Sequence record: PV112478.1
Direction: 5' to 3' (one strand)
DNA length: 64,000 nucleotides
The translations under genes were made by a program, and so were the position numbers. Within the stretch, counting starts at the first letter, position 1. Every line of letters starts with the position of its first letter. The notes below the pieces were generated by a model. It was not told the origin of the DNA. It was given only the letters and a program-made list of their open reading frames with translations, and ran no database searches. Below are positions 54,824-62,010 of this stretch, in pieces.

Positions 54824-54840
54824 AAAAAGAAGCATAGAGA

Positions 54841-54870
54841 CTCTCTCCTCCGCAGAAGCGGAGGAGAGAG
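54841..54870. terminator. Bidirectional terminator (pyrimidine arm first)
   Basis: CTCTCTCCTCCGC-AGAA-GCGGAGGAGAGAG. Confidence 0.8.
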
Positions 54871-54892
54871 CTTATGTTCCTAATACGCAGAA

Positions 54893-55147
54893 TTACTCTG
54901 CGTCAGGCGCTTCGTCGGTGGACGAACGATAGAGTTCGTTCAGTACTTCGGTTGCCGGGTAGAACTCTTCTTCTACCCAACCGTCGTCAGAGGCTTTTGC
55001 AGCCATGACGCTTTTACCCTGGTCAAGTGAAGACTTAACCCAGGTCAGCGAATCGACTGCCATGTCAATGACCGTTTCGGCAGAGACGGTATCGGTGGTC
55101 AGTGCATTGATCTTTTCAGCGGTAGTTTCGTTCAGAGTTACTTTCAT
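54893..55147 (-). CDS. Small protein, possible ribbon-helix-helix regulator
   Basis: MKVTLNETTAEKINAL..SAETVIDMAVDSLTW; RBS AGGA. Confidence 0.6.
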   Translation of the reverse strand: MKVTLNETTAEKINALTTDTVSAETVIDMAVDSLTWVKSSLDQGKSVMAAKASDDGWVEEEFYPATEVLNELYRSSTDEAPDAE

Positions 55148-55246
55148 GTTCAGTTTCCTGTATACGTGTTAATAGTCACATGTGTGTTATGGTTTGTTCA
55201 AAAGATAACCGAGCGGTTTAAAACTTGAAATTGACGGAGGGGATAA

Positions 55247-55486
55247 TTAATAACTCAGTCCAGTCAATCCGTTCAGGATCAATTTTATTCTGAGGATTTT
55301 ATTTTCTAACTCCATTTCTTGATGGGTCGTTTGAACTTCTTGTTTAACTAACGCATAGTCGTTACCGGAAAGAACCAAACGTTTTCTGACAACGGTGATT
55401 ACATCTTCTGGTTTACGATTTTCACGCAGAACTTGAAGTTCTCGTTTTAATGTTTGGCGTTCTTTCATCATTTCAAAAAAACCCAT
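55247..55486 (-). CDS. Small coiled-coil hypothetical protein
   Basis: 79 aa in a same-strand run. Confidence 0.65.
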   Translation of the reverse strand: MGFFEMMKERQTLKRELQVLRENRKPEDVITVVRKRLVLSGNDYALVKQEVQTTHQEMELENKILRIKLILNGLTGLSY

Positions 55487-55490
55487 TTAG

Positions 55491-55814
55491 TCAACCTCGT
55501 TCATTAGTTTCTTCCAAATCATTGATAACCGTATTCAGATCGCTCTCAAAGAGCGTTTCGTTCCCAATGTAGATTGGGAAGGGATTAGGCTGTTCGAGCT
55601 TCTCCGTGAGGTTGACGAGCTCTGGGATAATCATCGGCGTATACCCCAGGAACTTAACGACTTTCTTCGCCGCTAAGGTTTTAACGGTCTCGTCGTAACC
55701 TCTGACTTCCGCACGAATGACCTGGATATAAGGTAGATTTTCGGCGGCGCGACTTTCACGGGTTCTTTCTAACGCCAGCAGGATTTCTCCGGCTTCAGAT
55801 TCCTTAAAGCGCAT
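55491..55814 (-). CDS. Hypothetical protein
   Basis: Likely start MRFKESEAGE at 55814, overlapping the stop of the upstream gene. Confidence 0.65.
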   Translation of the reverse strand: MRFKESEAGEILLALERTRESRAAENLPYIQVIRAEVRGYDETVKTLAAKKVVKFLGYTPMIIPELVNLTEKLEQPNPFPIYIGNETLFESDLNTVINDLEETNERG

Positions 55815-56445
55815 AGCGGTTATCTCGCGTGATTTGACTGAAGTTACCGATAACCCGGCCCGGTACAAACATGGCTTCTTTTGCGGTCTCACGCAGCAGA
55901 ATACTGAGGATCGTCATGACCTCATACATCTGACTGAGTGTGGTCGAGGTATGACAGGTAAAGATCAGATTGACCGTTTCTGCCGGGAGATCGTTTTCCG
56001 CCAACATCTGGCGAAACTGGTCTTCAAACTCGGTTACGTCCTTTTTATTCTTCACGAAATAATAGACGTTCTGAGAGAAGACCTGCGCCTGGCGAATTTC
56101 AATGCGCAAATCTGAAATTTCAGGCAGCGTTTTAACGACTGTCTGACGGAGCTTTTCGTAACCCGCATTGAAATCAATGACCGGGAAGAATTGCTCGTCG
56201 ACATTGGCGACGTTGTCTTCGAAACATTGCGCGATGTTGTTGACGGCTACCTGGAACGGTGCAGAATGAAGGATATCAGTGAGTCGGGCATCGGAAAAAC
56301 CCGAGTAGTTATTGTCGACCAGATCATCGTCACCTAACGCTGCGGTACGAATGAACACGGTCTGATGCTGGATCGCAATTTCACCGGTACGTGTCGGCTT
56401 CCCGTAACTGGTTAAACGGTCTGTCATTTTCGAAATGTTTTGCAT
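55804..56445 (-). CDS. Hypothetical protein (early-type promoter)
   Basis: Start MQNISK at 56445 with RBS AAGGAG; TATATCAC upstream. Confidence 0.75.
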   Translation of the reverse strand: MQNISKMTDRLTSYGKPTRTGEIAIQHQTVFIRTAALGDDDLVDNNYSGFSDARLTDILHSAPFQVAVNNIAQCFEDNVANVDEQFFPVIDFNAGYEKLRQTVVKTLPEISDLRIEIRQAQVFSQNVYYFVKNKKDVTEFEDQFRQMLAENDLPAETVNLIFTCHTSTTLSQMYEVMTILSILLRETAKEAMFVPGRVIGNFSQITRDNRYAL

Positions 56446-56481
56446 GATTGCAACTCCTTTAGTTGGGGTAATTACACTAGA

Positions 56482-56489
56482 GTGATATA
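56482..56489 (-). promoter_or_regulatory. Early-promoter-like TATATCAC
   Basis: The - strand reads TTTATGCATATATCACTCTA and shares TATATCACTCTA with the 20291 site. Confidence 0.6.
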
Positions 56490-56527
56490 TGCATAAAGCG
56501 GACTGGAAAAGACCAGTCCGTTTATGT

Positions 56528-58999
56528 TCAGTAAAATTCAGCCACGGCGTTGACACCGTCTTTAGGGTGACGGAAATCAAAGTCAATGATGTCCGAGAAA
56601 GGCAAAGCGCCATGCGATACTGCGTGATGCGAAATCAAAAACACTTGTGAGAATCGCCCGTTCTCAACACCGCGTGTAATGAACTGCATCAGTCTCGCTT
56701 TGTGCTCAGGCGAAAGAGGGCGGTCAACTTCGTCTAAGCAGAGTGGGACATTGTTCAGGTTCAGGTAGAGCATCGCTGTGATCTGAAACGCGAAATCAAT
56801 GATCTTCTGTTGACCGTCTGACCCAGTCCGCATATCCGGTACAATGTAATCGTCGGAGTCATGGAGACGTAATGGGAACTCGTACGACAGATCACTGTCG
56901 TTTGGCTTCCCGATTAACAGTTCCATCGAATGCGTCCAGATATCCGCAATGACTTCGTTGACCTGACCAATAAAGACTTTGATAAATTCGTTCATCTGCT
57001 CAGCCACTGCCCCTGACTTCGGTGACAGTGTCCCGACCAACAGACGGTAACAATCTACTTTCTCTTTTTGTTTCTCCAGTTGTTTCCGGGTATCGTTAAT
57101 CTGGTCTTCCAACGTTTTGGCATCGTTAAGGGTTTTGGTCAATGTACCGATGTGACCCTGTAAGTCCTGAATGAGTAGTAAGCGGGTTTCGTTGAATAAG
57201 TATTGAATACCACTGACAGTATCCTTGACCAGTTTTTCGTAGTTACCCGTGACTGCCTCGACAGCGTTGGTATATTGGTCAGCCAGATTCAACCCTCTTT
57301 CGTAGAGTTTTCCTTCCTCTTTAGAACGCGCTAATTCGCTATAGATGTCCTCCAGCGTTTCTTTAACTTTGACGAAACGTACCCTGACTCCATCAATCCC
57401 GGTGACGACGTTCTCTTGTAATTGCGAAAGCACTAATTGCGCTTCTCGTAATTTATTTTTTGCCCGATATACCTCAAGGTGTTTTTCCAGGTCTTCTTTG
57501 AGTAACAACATCACCTGGACGGCTCGTAACGGTTCGTCTTTTAACGTGACTTGTTTATCCAATTGAGCAAAAAGACCTTTGGCGGCAGGGGCTTGGTTCC
57601 GCAGTCCTATCAAATTACGGTACTGGGACAACCACTGTTCAACCTCTTCAATGTTCCGTTGGTTTTCGGCAATGGCCTTTTCACCCTGTATCATGCTCTC
57701 CTTGAGTTCCTCTGCCTGCTTAGTTAACCGCGGGCGTGAGTCCGAAGATACTCCAGGGATAAACTGAAAACGACATTGTGGACACTGAACTTCTTTCCCT
57801 TGATTGATGTGGTCAATCTGCTCTAACGTTTGCGCGTACTTAGCAGAGAGGCTATTGTAATGCTCCTGGAAACGCTGGCGGTTATTCAAGAGTATTTCGT
57901 AGCCTTGTCGAGTAAACCGTCCTTCTGGGTCAGGTTGAATTTCCGTCAGGGTTTTTGACCACTCCGGGAAGATCATGGCGAGTTGTTCTAACGCCATTTC
58001 CAGAGTGGTCTCTTCGATGACCATTTCTGGGGCGTAGAGCTTTTCCAGTGACGCCTGTTGAAACTGCCGATCCCAATGATTCACTTCGTTACGCAACCGT
58101 GCTAAGTTTTCTTCACTGGCATCGGCATTCCGTTTTAGTATCAGTTCCAGTTCGTCATATTCTTCCTGTAATGCCTTCTTACGCGTTTCTAAACCAAAGA
58201 CATACTCTTTTAGCTTATTGATCTTTTCAAGCCATAGAGAGCGATTGGTGGCGTTTAACGGGGTATCTGGTAATTGTTTTAAGGTTTCTTTTATTTGTTG
58301 GGGCAATTGTTGCCACTGGTACTGGATTCCGGCGGAGTCTTGACTGCGGTTTTGCTCCTCATTGTAATCCTTTAATACCTCAGTAACGATACTTTGGTAT
58401 TCCGTCAGACGAGCGGTAAGAGTGGCTCTCTCGTCGTCAGACATTCGTTGGGTTTCTTTTTCTGCTAACGACTCCTCCAGCGCATTAACTGCACCGATAG
58501 AGTGTGACAGTTTCTTTCTGGCTTTACCGAATAATGAGTTAGCGAACGACATATCGGAATCGGCCAAGGCAGTTAATACTTCCTGACGTTTTGCCGCGCC
58601 GGCACCAGAGAATGAGAACTGTCCTGCCTGGATCATCGCGGAGAGTTTATCAACCGCCAGATATTTCTGAACCAGATCTTTTTGGACGGTGGAAGTTCCA
58701 CCATCGTTCAGGTTTTCCCCGTTCAACCAAAACTCGTGTTTAACATCACTGCCGACAATGGTTTTCGTTTCAATTAACCCGTGATCAGTTTCTAACAAAA
58801 GGCGAGAGAAACCATTTTTATCGAACATGTTAGACGCAGAAGGGAAAGCCGTGATTTCGTCTAAGAGTGCAGATTTCCCAAAACCGTTGGGACCGATGAT
58901 AATTTGATAAGGACTTTTTGGTTTGTAAAGGATACGCTCAATCAACCCGGATCGCAGGCGCTTGTTATGAGAAATTTCGGTTTCAATCACTTTGATCAT
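56528..58999 (-). CDS. sbcC: SbcC/Rad50-like SMC ATPase
   Basis: Walker A GPNGFGKS, Q-loop, long coiled coils, zinc hook CPQC, signature GSDGQ, Walker B LCLDEVD, H-loop ISHH. Confidence 0.9.
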   Translation of the reverse strand: MIKVIETEISHNKRLRSGLIERILYKPKSPYQIIIGPNGFGKSALLDEITAFPSASNMFDKNGFSRLLLETDHGLIETKTIVGSDVKHEFWLNGENLNDGGTSTVQKDLVQKYLAVDKLSAMIQAGQFSFSGAGAAKRQEVLTALADSDMSFANSLFGKARKKLSHSIGAVNALEESLAEKETQRMSDDERATLTARLTEYQSIVTEVLKDYNEEQNRSQDSAGIQYQWQQLPQQIKETLKQLPDTPLNATNRSLWLEKINKLKEYVFGLETRKKALQEEYDELELILKRNADASEENLARLRNEVNHWDRQFQQASLEKLYAPEMVIEETTLEMALEQLAMIFPEWSKTLTEIQPDPEGRFTRQGYEILLNNRQRFQEHYNSLSAKYAQTLEQIDHINQGKEVQCPQCRFQFIPGVSSDSRPRLTKQAEELKESMIQGEKAIAENQRNIEEVEQWLSQYRNLIGLRNQAPAAKGLFAQLDKQVTLKDEPLRAVQVMLLLKEDLEKHLEVYRAKNKLREAQLVLSQLQENVVTGIDGVRVRFVKVKETLEDIYSELARSKEEGKLYERGLNLADQYTNAVEAVTGNYEKLVKDTVSGIQYLFNETRLLLIQDLQGHIGTLTKTLNDAKTLEDQINDTRKQLEKQKEKVDCYRLLVGTLSPKSGAVAEQMNEFIKVFIGQVNEVIADIWTHSMELLIGKPNDSDLSYEFPLRLHDSDDYIVPDMRTGSDGQQKIIDFAFQITAMLYLNLNNVPLCLDEVDRPLSPEHKARLMQFITRGVENGRFSQVFLISHHAVSHGALPFSDIIDFDFRHPKDGVNAVAEFY

Positions 59000-59070
59000 T
59001 TATTCGTACCGTAACAAAAAGTGGACTCTATTACAATAGCCGGAAAAGTGAAAAATAATAAGGGGACTTA

Positions 59071-60060
59071 ATGAACAACCACGATATCGTCGAGAGGACG
59101 TTTGGCATCGTTGCCGAGAATAAACCCCTAGGACAAAACAATATTTTAGTCTGGGCTCACCAGAAGACACCGTGGATGCAAGGGGACGTACAAAGCCAGT
59201 TACAGAAACTTACTGTTGAGAGCGTCGATGCTTCGGGGAAAAAGATTGAAGCTACTGCGGTGACCGACACCGCGATCGAAGCTCAGTGGCGACCAGTGGA
59301 CAGCAGTTGGAGTACTGCCCCTGATGTTCAGCGTGGCGAGGTAGTAGAACTGATTCGTTACGCAGACATGAATACCTACTACTGGCGTGAACGCGGTGAC
59401 GGTGCGGTTGCCAGACGACTCGAAACCAAACGGCTGTTGGTCTCTGCGAATCGAGAAGCAGGTATCCCTAGTCCTGACACCCATTACATGATTGAAATCT
59501 CCGGCCATACCGGCGCGATCAATATTACCACCTCAAAAGCCAATGGCGAGATCAGTAAGTACCATATCACTTTGAATGGGGCGGGAGGTGCGATTAGCCT
59601 TGGCGACGATGAAGGGAATGAGTTTTATCTCGAGACCAAAGAGAAGCTTATTCGTACCCGAAACAGTTCGGGATCAATGGTGGAAATGAGCGACAAGAAA
59701 ATTGGCGTCTTTTGCTTAGAGGATTTGATTCTGGTCGGTAAAGAAAAAATCATCATGCAAGCGGAAAATATTCTGATTGAAGCGACGGAGAATTTGGAAG
59801 TAGAGGCAGGAAAAAGGATCGCGTTGACTGCCGGGGAGCGGTTTGATACAACCGCGCCGATTATTGCCTTAAACGGCGCTATCCAATTAAACGGACCGAT
59901 CAGTCAAGAAACGACAGACAGTAACTACGATGCAACGTTGAAAGGTACTGTGACCACCACCGTGGACGTTATTGCCGCGGGCGTGAGTCTGGTTAAACAC
60001 CCGCACAAAGGCGTGGAAAGAGGTAACGACGAATCGGGATCACCGGTACCAACAGCATAA
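59071..60060 (+). CDS. Baseplate central spike (gpV/gp138-like)
   Basis: beta-rich repeats and the C-terminal VSLVKHPHKGV (HxH metal-binding apex) motif. Confidence 0.75.
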   Translation: MNNHDIVERTFGIVAENKPLGQNNILVWAHQKTPWMQGDVQSQLQKLTVESVDASGKKIEATAVTDTAIEAQWRPVDSSWSTAPDVQRGEVVELIRYADMNTYYWRERGDGAVARRLETKRLLVSANREAGIPSPDTHYMIEISGHTGAINITTSKANGEISKYHITLNGAGGAISLGDDEGNEFYLETKEKLIRTRNSSGSMVEMSDKKIGVFCLEDLILVGKEKIIMQAENILIEATENLEVEAGKRIALTAGERFDTTAPIIALNGAIQLNGPISQETTDSNYDATLKGTVTTTVDVIAAGVSLVKHPHKGVERGNDESGSPVPTA

Positions 60061-60064
60061 AAGG

Positions 60065-60092
60065 AGACTGGAGGACGAAAGTCCTCCAGTCT
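60065..60092. terminator. Bidirectional terminator
   Basis: AGACTGGAGGAC-GAAA-GTCCTCCAGTCT. Confidence 0.85.
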
Positions 60093-60098
60093 GTGATG

Positions 60099-60629
60099 TC
60101 AACCGTAAATCACATCCACTAATGTAATATTACGCAAGTTCTTTCCGTCACCTTTGTCAGATCCACCGCCGTATGCCCAGACTGTGATTCTTTCACCGGC
60201 CGCGAATGAACACGGTAAAACAGGGGAACGTTTTACCCCGGAACCCGACGGGGCATCCCAGGACCAATCACCCGGTCGAGTTTGGTTCGCACCGTATTTA
60301 CCTCCAGAACCGTGCCATCCGCCCTGGTTACCATCGAGGGTAATGTCGATGACCACGCCCACGACTCGCTTCGCTGTCGGGAGATCCCAATACGTGGAGT
60401 AAACCGAGTTACCCCAAAGAACCCCGCCGATAGAACCGCTTCGTCCACCTTCGTGCGTGCTGTTCCAGAAACTCTGCGGAAGATCGATCTTATCCCACAG
60501 TGGTTGCCACACACCGCCATTAACTACCCAGGCATTATCAACACGATGCCAACTTCCGCCGTTAACGATCCACGGAAGATCAACACCACGCCAGCCGCCA
60601 CCATTGACTAATCTAGGGTAACTACGCAT
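60099..60629 (-). CDS. Small fibre-tip/adhesin-like protein
   Basis: Three VNGG.W repeats at the N-terminus; G/W-rich beta domain. Confidence 0.65.
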   Translation of the reverse strand: MRSYPRLVNGGGWRGVDLPWIVNGGSWHRVDNAWVVNGGVWQPLWDKIDLPQSFWNSTHEGGRSGSIGGVLWGNSVYSTYWDLPTAKRVVGVVIDITLDGNQGGWHGSGGKYGANQTRPGDWSWDAPSGSGVKRSPVLPCSFAAGERITVWAYGGGSDKGDGKNLRNITLVDVIYG

Positions 60630-60642
60630 TTACTCTACTCCC

Positions 60643-61998
60643 TTAGAAAAGTTTATACCAGATGTGGCCTTCGCGGTAACCCGATGTACTACCAGGCGGG
60701 GTGCTGTAAGAGAACGTACGGTAACCGTCTGTGTAACGTCGAATACTGTACGGCGTAGCGAAGACGCTCCCGGCATTACCATCATAGTTTTCCTGATCGG
60801 TAGCTTCTCGCCAGTTTGGGACACTTCCTAAACCCACTTGCGCTTTAGTAACGCTGTGGGGGTTAGACTTATTATTCGCGTGCGAGGCAATATTCGGGTC
60901 CGGCTGATTCGTGGTGTGTACGCGACCCATCGAGGTGTTGTCAACCTGCGCCAGAATTTGCGTGCCATCCCACCCAATACGAATCGTGTTGGTTAACATG
61001 TTCGTGCCACCACCACGAATTACCTGCGCGTTATTCGTCACGTTACCTAACCCGACTTGGGCGGCAGTGGTGTTATGCGGGTTACTGGTGTTTTGTACGT
61101 GGCTCGTTATGGTTGGAGTGACGTTGGTCGCAATGTACTTAGTGATCTGTTGGATCCCGCGTAAAGGGGTCATAATCACGTTCAGTGCTGTGCCAGCTTC
61201 CGCCTCATCCTGCGTCGCGGGACGATAGTTCTCAACTGCCCCCAGCCCCACTTGTGCCTTGGTAACTTTATGGGGATTGCTAACATCGTCGATATGCGTG
61301 GTCAAATTCGTTTGAACACCATTGATGCTGTTAATCACCCCGTCAATCCGATTATCTAAACGCTCAATTTCTGCGTAAAGATCTGTATCGGTCTGGTGCA
61401 GGGCATCGAGATTATCGTCGAGGTACGCTTTGATACGGTCGATGTAGTTGTAAAGAACATCATGCGAAGAAACGTCACCGGTATAGGCCGCCTGAACCAA
61501 TTCTTCTAAGGCCAACACCACGTACTCAAGACCGTAAAGGTCAGTCGCGGAGTGAAGGTGTTTAGACGGGTTAAACTCAATCGGTTTACCGAGAATGGCG
61601 TCCCACGTCACCGCACGGTTGTCCTGCTGTAGATCAGAGATCAACTGAACAAGGACATCGCGGGCAGTGGTGTAGGGACCCCCTACACATTGGTAAGTCA
61701 GATAGACTGCGGTCACGTTAGCGTTGAGAATCTGTACGATCGTACAAATAGGTTTACCGATTTCCAATTCCGCTTCTTGATACGGATAAAGGATTTTATA
61801 ATCGGTATTCAGGGTCAACACTGCGCCCGTGGCCTGATCGACCACAACCATGCTCTTGGTAAAGAATGCGCCAGCGTAAGGCGCAATGGCGCGATAAACT
61901 TCGCGCCCTACCGTACGTGCCTCGTTGATAATTTTATTACTCGCTGCGGCGCCTGTCCGATCAAGCGGGTATTTCAAAGCTGCCGTACTTACTGTCAT
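60643..61998 (-). CDS. Baseplate/tail fibre protein with NPH repeats
   Basis: LKYPLDRTG...N.I.NE head; three NPH.(V/T)T.AQVGLG repeats. Confidence 0.8.
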   Translation of the reverse strand: MTVSTAALKYPLDRTGAAASNKIINEARTVGREVYRAIAPYAGAFFTKSMVVVDQATGAVLTLNTDYKILYPYQEAELEIGKPICTIVQILNANVTAVYLTYQCVGGPYTTARDVLVQLISDLQQDNRAVTWDAILGKPIEFNPSKHLHSATDLYGLEYVVLALEELVQAAYTGDVSSHDVLYNYIDRIKAYLDDNLDALHQTDTDLYAEIERLDNRIDGVINSINGVQTNLTTHIDDVSNPHKVTKAQVGLGAVENYRPATQDEAEAGTALNVIMTPLRGIQQITKYIATNVTPTITSHVQNTSNPHNTTAAQVGLGNVTNNAQVIRGGGTNMLTNTIRIGWDGTQILAQVDNTSMGRVHTTNQPDPNIASHANNKSNPHSVTKAQVGLGSVPNWREATDQENYDGNAGSVFATPYSIRRYTDGYRTFSYSTPPGSTSGYREGHIWYKLF

Positions 61999-62010
61999 TT
62001 TAAACCTCGC

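Noticed and set aside
477-60092. Hairpin family as a CRISPR array or REP/MITE elements
   Set aside because: Sequences are not identical, not regularly spaced and all sit at gene ends, consistent with terminators.
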